DNA from: Paraspadella gotoi
Lineage: Eukaryota > Animalia > Chaetognatha
Direction of reading: 5' to 3'
NCBI GenBank assembly: GCA_051294375.1
Contig: CM119268.1
Coordinates: forward strand, 857,218 to 921,217
Length of the DNA: 64,000 nucleotides
Part shown: positions 27,501 to 38,733 of the stretch, piece by piece
Layout of the letters: each line of letters starts with the position of its first letter
How positions within the stretch are numbered: position 1 is the first letter of the stretch
The notes under the pieces: model-generated
What the model was told of the DNA's origin: nothing
What the model saw: only the letters and a program-made list of their open reading frames with translations
Databases searched by the model: none
Made by a program: the position numbers and the translations under genes

Positions 27501-30396
27501 TTTACTCTTGTATAGACTGTCTACTATAGTTTATGTAAACCTTATAGTGTCGAAGGTGACATCACGTCACTAATTAGTTGATTATTTAATTGATTAATTA
27601 ATTAATTAATTAATTAGTTGATTATTTAATTGAGCGGCTCCGCTGTCCTTTTTAGTAATCATTTGTTTTCGCGATCATTTCCGTTTTGATTCGAATTTTA
27701 GCGCGATCCTTATATCACGAAACAAAACGAGTAATTAAAAACCAAAAAATTAAAATAAAACGGATAAAGATATAAATATTAAATCTTCCAATTTTTTTTA
27801 GGCGCCAACACAAAAGAACAGTCGGAGCAGCTTTCGCTCTATAACCGTCAGAGGGCTGAGGCCGAGTTGGACGCCTCGCAGAAGCTGAGGGAGGCCATTC
27901 AGGTTTTGGGATTGGGTTGTGGAGAATGGTTGTGGAGAATGGGTTGTGGAGAATGGGGGGGTGAGGACTGTGGGTAGGAAAGGGGTTTAGTTCCAAGGGG
28001 GTTGGGGTCTTGTCTCCGTTCCATGGATTTAAGTGAGACCCTGGGGTACCCCAAGAATTGAACCCGGGACGCGCGGTTAAGACGGTCATCGAGCCGAGGC
28101 TGTTGACGGCCAGCGGTGAGGCAGATTTCAACTCGTACGGTCGCTGGATGGAACTGAGAGATAGGGTGGGGGGAACCGATCAAGATTATAAAATCCTGGA
28201 CAAAACGCGAAAGAAGATATGATAGAGTCCGAGATTTTAACTTACCCTACACGACCTTACTTCTTTTACCGCTCGCCAGGCGGCGTTGATGCAATCGGCA
28301 AACGACATCGAGGCTCAAAAGACGGCGACAGAATACGCGTTGAGAAGAAGAATACACGAGACCGAAAGAGCTAAGGACGAATTGGAATGGCAACAGGCGC
28401 AGGTAAAGAGTGGTGTCGGGCGAATGGGGGAGAAAGCCTGGTGGCAGGCTCAAGTAGGGTTTGGTAATTGAGTTAAAATCGTCATTCGTTATTAAAAGGT
28501 GATGAACGAGATCAAAGACATGGAAGGACAAATCCACGATTTAGAGATGGCGCTGCGAGCAAAGAAGAACATTCTCAAGGTTAGACGAGACGGGATTAAT
28601 AAAATAATATTAAACATAATTGTTAAAGATATTAGAGACTCATTTTAGCTGTATTTAACAATGTTTAACGCTGTTTGTCAATGAATATTAAATATAAGAA
28701 ATAAAAAACGAAACATTTGAAGAAAGATGTGAGGACTTGACTCGACCGATGATGATTTTTGACTCTCACCTTTGTCTTCACTCCCCTTAACCGTAAGAGG
28801 TCATGAAAACTTGACCCCTTGACCCACTCAGGTCTAGATCTTCTGACCATCTCAGGTCATGAAACCTTGACCCCTTGACCCGCTCAGGTCTAGATCTTCT
28901 GATTATCTCAGGTCGTGAAATCTTGACGCCCTGACGCACACGGGTCTTAAGTAATGATTAATTCTCATTAAAGTCGTGATCCTCTGACCGTGCACGGTCA
29001 ATTTGCTACTTGGATCCCTGACCCAAGTGTTAATAACGTTAATAAGTGTTAATAAGTGAAGGCAAGTATCGGGTTGACATTCGTTTTATTAAAGACGGAC
29101 AATGATTAAGGTGATGTCAAAGGTAACGATGACACTATGACAAAGGTTACGACAAAGGTGATGACAATAATTATGTATTTGAGTCTTTAGTCATTAGTCT
29201 CTCTGTCGGTCATTGGTCGGTCTCAGGTTCATATAATTATAAAGTCTGTGATTCGTCGGCTTTCTTTCGAAGACGACAAGCAATCACGTTACAAGGCCGA
29301 CCACACCCTCCCGCCCTTTTTTTTTTTGGATCACACCCTTCTCCTTTTTTTGGACCACACCCACCCCCCCTTTTTTTTGACCACATTCAGGTTGCCCACA
29401 CGCGACTGGAGAATCGCGCAGATCATCCCAACGTCGAACTTTGCATCGATGAGATTTATTACGGACTCGTGGACGAAGTCAAGCAGCTTGAGGCCACCGT
29501 CAACGCTTTGAATGTAAGTCGGAGAATTACTTGATTCATTGGGGGCGTGGCCAAGCAGCTTGAGGCCACCGTCCAGGCTTTGAACGTAAGTCGGGAGGAT
29601 CCTTTGATTGGTCGGGGAGATGAAGCAGCTATGGTCTTCTCCCTCTTTAATTTTTTAACATTTTTTTTTTTTGCACAGGCCAAGCTTACCGATGCCAAGC
29701 ACCAACTGAACTCTCTCCAATCGGAACTGGCGACCATCAACGCCGACCTGACGGCCAAGCACAACGCCGTCAGCATTTTGAAGGTTCGTTTGATTTCTTT
29801 TCATTTTCTATTCTCTCTCCCATCTTTCTTTTCTTTTCATTTTCTATTCTCTTTCCCATCTTTCTTTTCTTTTCATTTTCTATTCTCTTGCCCATCTTTC
29901 TTTTTTTTTTCATTTTCTATTCTCTTTCCCATCTTTCTTTTCATTTTCTATTCTCTTTCTCATCTTTCTTTTCTTTTCATTTTCTATTCTCTTTCCCATC
30001 TATCTTTCCTTTTCATTTTTTATTCTCTTTCCCATCTTTCTACTTTTTTTTTCTTTTTTTTTTCTCTTTTTTTTTCTCTTCCTCTTTTCTATTCTCTTTC
30101 TATGTCTGGCTTTTCCATTCTCAACCTCTCTTCTCTTATTTCCAATCCCTACATTTCTTCTCTATTTCTTTTGTTACTCCCTTCTCTTATCTTTTCTCCT
30201 CTCTTATCTATTCCCAAACTCTCTTCTCTATCTTCCTATCTATTCTCTCCAGGGCATGATGGACGCTCGCGCTCGACTCGAAGCCACGCCCAAAACCGCG
30301 GCCGAGCTCAATCTCACGATGACGGGAATCGAGAAGGAAGAGTACAACTTCTTGGCCAAGAACGCCAGGCTCAATCCCAAGCCCAATGCTGTTTGA
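24588..30396 (+). CDS. TEKT2: Tektin-2 (tektin B1-like) ciliary/flagellar filament protein
   Basis: Exons 24588-24773 (start may be ATG 24648), 25284-25443, 25884-25987, 26820-26984, 27310-27400, 27802-27902, 28280-28402, 28499-28579, 29391-29513, 29679-29783, 30253-30396. Motifs DWFT..NA..QR, QKVQQAFEQLCLL-like (LQHKVQQAFEQLCLL), ISFKPDPTRIP, ATEYALRRR and the tektin signature HTRLENRADHPNVELCID (cf. RPNVELCRD) are colinear with tektin-2 as remembered. Confidence 0.92.
24878..25055 (-). mobile_element. Degenerate family B LTR fragment in tektin intron 1
   Basis: GCTTGGAACCAGGCTTG, CGTCCTCACGCTCCCCGCGGGTTAGGTACC and GGGATCGATCCCGTTACCTAATGG match family B in reverse; the GGTACCATTGGGGATC segment is internally triplicated. 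Confidence 0.65.
25985..26268 (+). repeat. 36-bp minisatellite starting at a tektin splice donor
   Basis: About 7.5 copies of CAGGTACAGATGGCGTATCTAACAATTAAATAAGTG. Confidence 0.95.
26555..26768. mobile_element. Foldback MITE copy (same family as 2210-2692)
   Basis: AATAAGCTATCTTGCCCCTGACTTTGGACA is inverted against TGTCCCAAGTTAGGAGCAATGATAGCTTATT, followed by the reverse TIR ..TTGTACCAATTTC. Confidence 0.65.
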
Positions 30397-32363
30397 GGAC
30401 GAAGGAGGAGGAAGATGAGGAAGATGAGGGAAGAGGAAGAAGGGGGAAGAGGAGGAAAAGGGATGGGGAAGAGGAGGAAGAAGAGGAAGGGGAAGAGGAG
30501 GAAAGGGATGGGAAGAGGAAGAAGAGGAGGAGAGAGGAAGGGGAAGAGGAGGAAAAGGGATGGGAAGAGGAGGGGAAGAGGAGGAAGGGGAAGAGGAAGA
30601 AAGGGATGGGGAAGAGGAGGAAGAAGAGGAGGGAGGGAGGAAGGGGAAGAGGAGAAAGGGGGAAGAGGAAGAATGAAGAAAATGATAAAAAAAGAAAGAT
30701 ATTAAGAATTGAACGGAAGAGTAAAAAAAATTGAGAAAAGCTATAGTATGCCATAGTTTATAAAGGAGAGAGAGAGAGACAGACAGAAGGTAAAGAAGCG
30801 TCGATATCAGGATTAATTAACCTCTCGTTCTAAAACAATTTTTTTTTTAGACGGGTGAAATTTTTTTAATCTAAATCAAATTTAGGATTGGAGTAATCTG
30901 TGAATTATGCGGTCCGAGACTTTGTTGCATGAAACTTATTTGAAGACAATAAATACTTTTTTTTAGTGGTAAAATTGGGAAGCATCGTTTGTTTATTTTA
31001 GATTCGGTCAAGTGAGTTTTTTCAATATTCAATACTGTACCATTACAGATGAATAAAACCTATCAAATAAAGCGTAGGAATGTAACCTATTAACCGAGAA
31101 ACATTTTTTGGCGAGTTGATTGAAGACTATTTGAATTACCACACCGACAATGTTGTTAGATATGTTCATTGACTATGACCAGAGAGAGAGAGAGAGAGAG
31201 AGAAAGAAAGAAAGAGTAATTCGGCCTAGTGTTTTTCCTCGTATCAGTATTTTGAGCTTTTAATGAAATAAAAAAGCGTGAAAATATCTCCAAATCACCC
31301 ATTGCCTAATAATATCTCCAAATCACCCATTGTCTAATAATAGTATTTGTAAGTACATCATTCTCTTAAGATTTGCAAGGGCTTTCAGAAGATAATCATA
31401 ATATTATTATTATATTTAAAATTTCTTCAAAAAACTAACTGAATGTAAGAGAAAAAAATCCAATCTGAAAACAGTGAGTTTAAAAATCCGAGACGATTTT
31501 TCAAATCTATCTTCCAGCTATCATTGCTAAGGCATATCAAAGTCGAATCATATAAACTTTGCATACAACAATAGTTTTGGTTTTTACTCTTAATTTCATA
31601 TTTAACATTGAAAAAATCTTCATGGGTTTGCAAATGGAAGGGTTTTTTTACCGGCGCTTGTAAAATTGTCACCATGTAAAAGCGAATGGTGGGTAAACTA
31701 TAAAATAACAACTGAGTGAAAATTTACAGCATGTTAATCATTCAGTTCCCTGTCATTGGCCTTAACTTGTAAACACGTCATCTACCTGGCTCCGTTTATT
31801 TTTAAAAGCCACGAAGACAAAATTTCCTAGTCGTCGTCGGGTCCAGGGTTCGAATCCCGAGACCAAGGGTCGAGACTTGGTTGTTAATTCGGGCCAGAAA
31901 TGCTTCCTTACACTTCCAACGAACAGATTTGCGAATTGTAGAAAGGAAAAGCTTTTTATAACAAAAAATGTGTTACAAATAATTAAATCATTTATAAACA
32001 ATTTATTTAAAGAAAATGATAAACCTGAACAGAGAGCAGAGGGGGGGGGCGTCGTGATGAGATACTGGATAACTCGAGCAAAGTGTGTCCATTGTCCAAT
32101 GCCAAGGCCCTAGGGGTATGAAAGATTATCCAACAGTTGCTGAATTTTATTTTCAAGCGGAAGTCTTGCTAACGGTAGTTTCGAGTTCGAAGTAGAAGCA
32201 TAAACTTTTTTGCTGATGGACGAAAAACGGCAACTGGCATATGGCATATCCAAAGTTACGTGGGCTGAAGACTATCTTCTGTGCTCGCTTTGCAGCAATG
32301 GAACGGGACCTGGTCGTGAGCCAACGGGTCACGATTAAAGTTGTCATGCTTAATGCTTATATA

Positions 32364-33046
32364 TGTAGTCGGGCATTGCCTAGGTTCACCCCGCTATAAG
32401 CATGACACCTTCAGTCCTGACCCGGTGGCTCATTGAGTAAAGCCATCAGCTCATGACCACTAGGTACCGGGTTCAATCCCAACCCGGTACTACCCTGCGG
32501 GAAGGTGAGGACGGCCGTAAGCCGCCTTGGGGCGTGGCAACCCTCAAGCCTGGTTCCAAGCCCAGGACCCGTTCCATGCTGCTATAAGGGGGTTATAGAA
32601 GTTAGGATAGTCATCTTACGCCCACTTAGCGCCTTATCACACTGGTGAGCCCATCCTGTCGAGCGTATTCCAACCTTCTAATTCCAGGCCCAGGACGTGC
32701 TGAAGATTGCTCCCCTCCCTCCACTGGAAGCATGCAGGGTGGGTTACAATCTGGGGGGCATGTAGTCGGGCATTGCCTAGGTTCACCCCGCCTATAAGCA
32801 TGACACCTTCAGTCCTGACCCGGTGGCTCATTGAGTAAAGCCATCAGCTCATGACCACTAGGTACCGGGTTCAATCCCAACCCGGTACCTACCCTGCGGG
32901 AAGCGTGAGGACGGCCGAAAGCCGCCTTGGGGGCGTGGCAACCCCTCAAGCCTGGTTCCAAGCCCAGGACCCGTTCCATGCCTACTAAAGGGGGTTTATA
33001 GAAGTTACGGATAGTCATCTTCAGCCCACTTTGCGACTTATCCACA
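32364..33046 (+). mobile_element. Complete TRIM (family B) with a tRNA-like Pol III module in each LTR
   Basis: LTR1 32364-32641 and LTR2 32761-33046, both TGTAG...CA. PBS TGGTGAGCCC at 32643-32652; purine tract GGGGGGCA just before LTR2; TSD TATA at 32360-32363 and 33047-33050. A-box TGGCTCATTGAG (32426) and B-box GGTTCAATCCC (32470) lie inside the LTR. Confidence 0.88.
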
Positions 33047-33167
33047 TATAATATATAAGAATTTATATAGAATATATATACAGAATATATATAGGCGGGG
33101 TGAAGTTGTTGAAACGCCCGAGAAGATAATTATGTTTTTGATTTTTATCTTCAGGATTCCGGATTTG

Positions 33168-33205
<38 letters not shown>

Positions 33206-33741
33206 ATTCGACAATGATTCAGCTTTATTACGTTGTTCTCGAGAAAATAACATTGAACTTTTAATCGTTTACTTCACCGTAAAACATTTCCCTAATTATT
33301 TAAAATGCTCTCTTATTATTTAAAATTATAAAATAATTCGTTCATTTAATAAATAAACTTACTTTGGACAGGTAATCAAATCTAAAAATTTTAAATAAAT
33401 AAAATAAATATTCGTTATGTTTCTGTAAAACGAGTTTCGATTAGTTTGGAATATAAATATATCAATATAATATTATCACAAAAATTCGCAGTTGCCATAC
33501 TTCTCGTTTCCAGCGTTTCTTCTGCTTACAATGTTAACGTCGCACAAACAAAATAATTCGCCCCCCCCCCAAAAAAGAACAATATATTCTACAGTAAAAA
33601 CTTTTCGCAGTATTTTAGCATCCACTATCCACGTCACTAATGTATGAAGTTTCATTTGGCAAGGTTCCCAAATCAAACTTCTGACCCACCCCATTGACAA
33701 AGTTTGGCTCTATCACTCTGCTTCGGTATTCGACAAACGCC

Positions 33742-36700
33742 ATGAGCGTCCGACGGTTAACCGCGCTCTCTCTCGTGGCGAATCAGCGAATTACGATAAC
33801 AACAAAGCGTCGAAAATATTTCGCCTCGTCCTCGATTTTAGATGAAACACAAGTACAGCTTAAAATCGTTGCACCGTAGCGACGCAAGTTCGGCTAAACT
33901 TTACATTCGCCGACCGGGTATTTGCGGTCGGTTATTTGTTTTTCGCTTCTCATGAGCGATGAATACAAATCACTTTATGTAAAAATAAAAATGATATTGA
34001 TATGGGTAGAAAATTTTTTTACAAATTTCATTTTAAAAACTTTCTTAACACTAACTAACCCCTATTCACCTTTAATCCAATTATTAACAGCTTAAAAAAT
34101 ATAATATAAAAATAACAATTAAGATAAATTTAAAATAATTATTCAAACAAATTATGGTGGACTAAAATCCACCAACCGTTCATCAGCGGCCATTGGTGCC
34201 GGAGGCAAGTCATTCGCCTCCCAACCCAAAGGTCCGGGGTTCTAGCCCGGTGGTCGTCTGGCAGTTAGAGGGACGGGGCGCTTAACCCGCCTGTAACATG
34301 GTGTTACAGCCTGATCCGAAGCTCAGGGACTGCTTATATTGAACGGTTCTGTCACTATCACATAACAATAATTACTGTCTCTTCATTGGTGAGCCCGACT
34401 TCCGAACACAACAGCAACAACACTTTCAGGCGACATGCCTCAACCTGGCGATGCACTTTCGCCCACAACACATCAGGCGACATGCCTCAACTTGGTGATG
34501 AACTTTCCACCAACAACAACAATTCACTGAAGAGACGCAACAGACTTCTCCCTACGGGAGGGGGGATGTATGGTGGACTAAAATCCACCAACCGTTCATC
34601 AGCGGCCATTGGTGCCGGAGGCAAGTCATTCGCCTCCCAACCCAAAGGTCCGGGGTTCTAGCCCGGTGGTCGTCTGGCAGTTAAGAGGGACGGGCGCTTA
34701 ACCCGCCTGTAACATGGTGTTACAGCCTGATCCGAAGCTCAGGGACTGCTTATATTGAACGGTTCTGTCACTATCACATAACAATAATTACTGTCTCTTC
34801 AAAATAATATATAATTTGTATTATTGCCAAAAAAATATGGGTCCAGGGCTCTGAACCAGGCTTGGGGGTTTTCCAAGCCCTTAAGGCAGTTTACAGCCGT
34901 CCTCCAGCTTCCCGCAGGGTAGGTACCATTAGGGATCGATCCCGGTACCTAATGGTCACGAGCTGATGGTGATATGCTTATAGGCAGGGTGAACGTATAC
35001 AATGCCCGTCTACACATACTTTTTAAAATAATTTTTTACAATAGACTTGCATTTTTCAATAAAATTACTTTTTTAGATAGATTAATGAAACATAAAAATA
35101 AGAACATAGTACAAAGAAGTATACTAAATATAAATTGATTACTCCCCCAATCCAAAGTCCACTCCTCTTCCCCCGCCAGTTCCCCTTCCCTTCTCATCGA
35201 TCCCCGGTCCCCTCGACCTTCCCTTCTTCGGTTCTCTCTTTGGATTCCGTCCCTTCTCATCATTGGATCCCCTCTGCCCCTTTTCCTTCTTCCATCTGCT
35301 CCATTCTCGTTTCGGCCATACCGCCAAATTCAGGATCCCTCACTATGGGACCTTCGTCTCCGTGACTCGGCCGGAGGACATGGAATGCGTCTTCAGGAAA
35401 GCGGGGAAGTTTCCCGATCGAACGGGGAAGCGAATGGCCTTTGTGGAGTTGATGCATCGATCCCGGAGGAAGCGGGTAGGGTTAAAAGAATAGGGTGGTC
35501 AAGGGTGTTGCAGGGAAAGTGTGGGCAAATGGCATTGTGTTAGATGTGTGGGAAGAGTATTTGGGGACAGTGTGGTCGAGAAGCGTTGTGGGCAAAGTAT
35601 GGTCGAGGAAATTGTTGGTTGGTATGTTATTAATATTAAGGAATTTGTGGGGAAAGGTTTATTGTGCTATTAGAAATAATTGCGTTGACCTATATACCAG
35701 ATATCTATATACCAGAAAATCGACTGTAGCGATGGGCCGATTTATTCAGAGGTGTTCGCTGGAGGTCAGCAACCGGCTTACCCTTTTAATCCAGTTGGTG
35801 AGATGACCCGATGCTAGTGTGTAGTATATCACAGTATTTTCTAATTTACTACTAGAGGCAGTTGTCCTTTTATATTATTGAAAAAGTTTCTAAAACTTTG
35901 TATTATTTCATTTAGTTTAGGAAGGATAGGTATTCTGAGATTGAATACGCTAGATTTTGAGTCTTGCAGGGTCCTGCTATTTTGTTATCTTGTAAGAAGG
36001 ATGGAAGTTTTCACCGACCTCAGCTCGTTCAAAGTCAAGACCCACATAACATATTCGGTGAATGAATGAATGAATTTTTTCAGAAAAGCCCCATTTCTGT
36101 TCCTTAATCCTTGAATTTAATTTTAATTAAATAATTATTAAACTTAATCTTTAACTTTAATCGCCAACCTTAATCCTTAACCCAAACTAAATAAGGTTAA
36201 TTTTTGCTTTTGGATCAATTTCAATAATAAATAAAATTCTGTTCAGAATCTGTTTGGAAATTTGGGTTCCGTGAGCGGAGAAGAATGGTGGGGACATCGA
36301 CGGAAAGTCAACAACATCATAATGAAGAGAACATCGGCCCATCCTTATTTGGAGGATCAGTGCAGAGTGGCAGAGGAGATGATGGGATGGATCAAGGTGC
36401 TGTTATACTGATATAGACTGTAATTTTAATGATCGTGGTAAACTTTTTTTTAAAAATAAACTTTATCATAATCGTACAATTTTTAAAGTTTTTTTAAAAT
36501 ATTTATTAATATCTTAATTTATATCTTAATTAAAAAATAACTACATTAATAAATAGCATAATTGATGATCGATTCTGCTTTTTCAGTTCAACTTAACGTC
36601 GGACGGCGACTTGAACGAGGACCTCTTTCGAGTTCTCAACAAATTCGCTCTCTCCGCGATTTCTTTGGTTTTGTTCAACGAGGATCTGGGGTACTTTCGA

Positions 36701-38733
36701 ACCGGGTCGGTCGGTCAGTCCATCGATTACCCGGTCGGTCAGTCGCCGGACGAATTTCTCGACAACGTCTATCGTTGGTTCACCCTCGGCGCCGCTCTTC
36801 AGTTGAGGGCAAAATTCTCGAGGATAAATTGGACAAAAACGGAAAGGGTGAGTCTGTCTGTCTGTCTGTCTGTCGATATATCTAGTTTGTCAAGTGTTTT
36901 TAGCCAGTTAGTAAATCTGTTGTGTCAGTCCGTCTAGTCTTCAAGACTGTCTTCTTGTCTGTCAGCGTGTCTGTCGATCTAGTATGCCAGTCGATCAGGT
37001 TTTACAGTCCAAATAGCCTGTCTTTTCTCTCTTCTGTCTCTTTATTCTGTATGACAATCTAATCTATCTGTGTGTTAGTCGATCAGGTTTTTCAGTCCAA
37101 AGAACCTGTCTTGGGCTCAATTTTTCCAAAACGCCCCATTTCATCTTAAATTCGGAATTAAATTAGTACTTAGCGTTAGAGATTGCGATTGATTAATTCT
37201 CAATTCAAGACCTACTTAGCATTAGAGATTACAATTAATTAATTCTAAATTCAAGACCTACTTAGCGTTAGAGATTACAATTAATTAATTCTCAATTCAA
37301 GACCTACTTAGCGTTAGAGATTTCAATTTATTCTTTGCCCTTTTTTTACCGTCAGGACTTTTTCGCCGCTGACCAAGCTTTGATCTCCTACGCGGAGGCG
37401 GCTTTGTCCAAAAGTCTTCAAAGCGGGGATGCCTCCGATTTCATCCGTCAACTTTGGAAACGCGAGGATCTCGACTCGCGTGACAAGTTGGCCATCGTGT
37501 TGGACATGCTCAACGGAGGCGTGGACTCTACCGGGGCTTCCGCCGCTTGGCTGCTTTACAATCTGGCCAGGAACCCGGCAGCGCAGGAGAGGCTGCGGCG
37601 GGAGATCGCGGAGACTGTGGGAATGTCGGCGTCGATCGAGGCGGCGCTGCTGGACAGGTTACCTTACCTGGCGGCGGCCGTGAAGGAGAGTTTCAGACTG
37701 ACCCCAATTAATGTGGGGACGTCGAGGGTCTTGGCCGAGGACGTCGCGCTGGGAGGATACCTCGTGCCGGCTGGGTGAGGATCGGGATAGAATGAAGATC
37801 GGGTTAGAATGAGGATCGGGATAGGATGAGGATCGGGATAGGATGAGGATCGGGTTAGAATGAAGATCGGGATAGANNNNNNNNNNCGGGATAGAATGAA
37901 GTTCGGGATAGAATGAAGATCGGGTTAGAATGAAGTTTGGGTTAGAATGAGGATCGGGATAGGATGAGGATCAGGATAGAATGAGGATCGGGTTAGAATG
38001 AGGATTGGGATAGCTATGAAATATGTGTATCACAAACGTATTATGATGGATAATTTATCTGCAAAGTTTTAACTGAAACAAACAAATTTTACGATAATTT
38101 TTAAGTTTTGATTCCGTATTTATTTTGTGAAACCACAGGATTAAAATCATGCATAAAAATTATTTACTGATTCCTTCCTGATTGCTAAGAATTAATTATT
38201 TTATAAATTATAATTCATGACGTATTGAATTTCGAGTTATATGATCCTGTGATTGTACAAGTTTTATGGCACCTTACCTTACCTTACCTTACCCAAATAT
38301 GAACTAAATTAATTAACTTAAGTATTACCCGGGTTATGAGCATTTTTGGACTGACCGACTAAAAAAAAGTTTAATTCCCAGAACGAACGCGGTCATCAGT
38401 TACTGCGTGACTTGTCATCAGGAGAAATACTTTACCGACGCTCATCTCTACCGCCCCGAGCGATGGCTCCGCGACGGCACGGCCCAGAGGATACACCCTT
38501 TCTCCGTGCTGCCTTTCGGGCACGGGCTACGAATGTGCGTGGGCCGTCGGTTCGCGGATCAGGAGCTCAAAGTCATCGTCATCAAGATCCTGCAACATTT
38601 TCGGATCGAATTCCGGGGAGAAGAGGCCAAACCTAAAACTGGGCTTTTCAATCATCCTGACAGACCGATGCTGTTCCGGTTCGTATCGGGGGAGAGAGAT
38701 GAGAAAGAGAGAGAGAGGGAGAGAGCCCCTTAG
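33742..38733 (+). CDS. Cytochrome P450, mitochondrial clan-like
   Basis: Exons 33742-33852 (Arg/Ser-rich transit-peptide-like, less certain), 35158-35475 (PFSSIPGP), 36247-36396 (GEEWWGHRR, WxxxR), 36587-36847, 37356-37774 (I-helix GGVDST, K-helix ESFR) and 38382-38733 (PERW; heme motif PFGHGLRMCVGRRFA). Phases are consistent. Confidence 0.92.
34153..34801 (+). mobile_element. Complete TRIM (family A) with a tRNA-Gly-like module in each LTR, in CYP intron 1
   Basis: Near-identical 233-bp LTRs at 34153-34385 and 34569-34801. PBS TGGTGAGCCC at 34387-34396; [14 protein letters not shown] at 34556-34566; TSD AAAT at 34149-34152 and 34802-34805. A 73-nt tRNA-like segment (34186-34258) has a CCC anticodon loop and B-box GGTTCTAGCCC. 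Confidence 0.9.
34838..35014 (-). mobile_element. Diverged family B LTR copy
   Basis: Reverse complement reads TGTAGACGGGCATTG..CTATAAGCAT..CATCAGCTCGTGACCATTAGGTACCGGGATCGATCCC..CTACCCTGCGGGAAG..AAGCCTGGTTC..GGACCC, colinear with 32364-32570. Confidence 0.75.
37168..37330 (+). repeat. 46-bp tandem repeat before a CYP acceptor
   Basis: About 3.5 copies of ACTTAGCGTTAGAGATTACAATTAATTAATTCTCAATTCAAGACCT. Confidence 0.9.
37776..38012 (+). repeat. 17-bp minisatellite starting at a CYP splice donor (contains an N gap)
   Basis: Tandem TGAGGATCGGGATAGAA variants directly after GG|GTGAGG. Confidence 0.9.

Noticed and set aside
28010-28190. GC-rich insert with a minus-strand B-box; isolated B-box also at ~31848
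   Set aside because: No second copy, clear termini or TSD in the window, so it cannot be assigned to the tRNA-LTR families.
34186-34258. Possible functional tRNA-Gly gene (and a tRNA-Met-like segment at ~32419-32490)
   Set aside because: The D and anticodon stems pair poorly and the segments sit inside repeated LTRs, so I treat them as tRNA-derived promoter modules.
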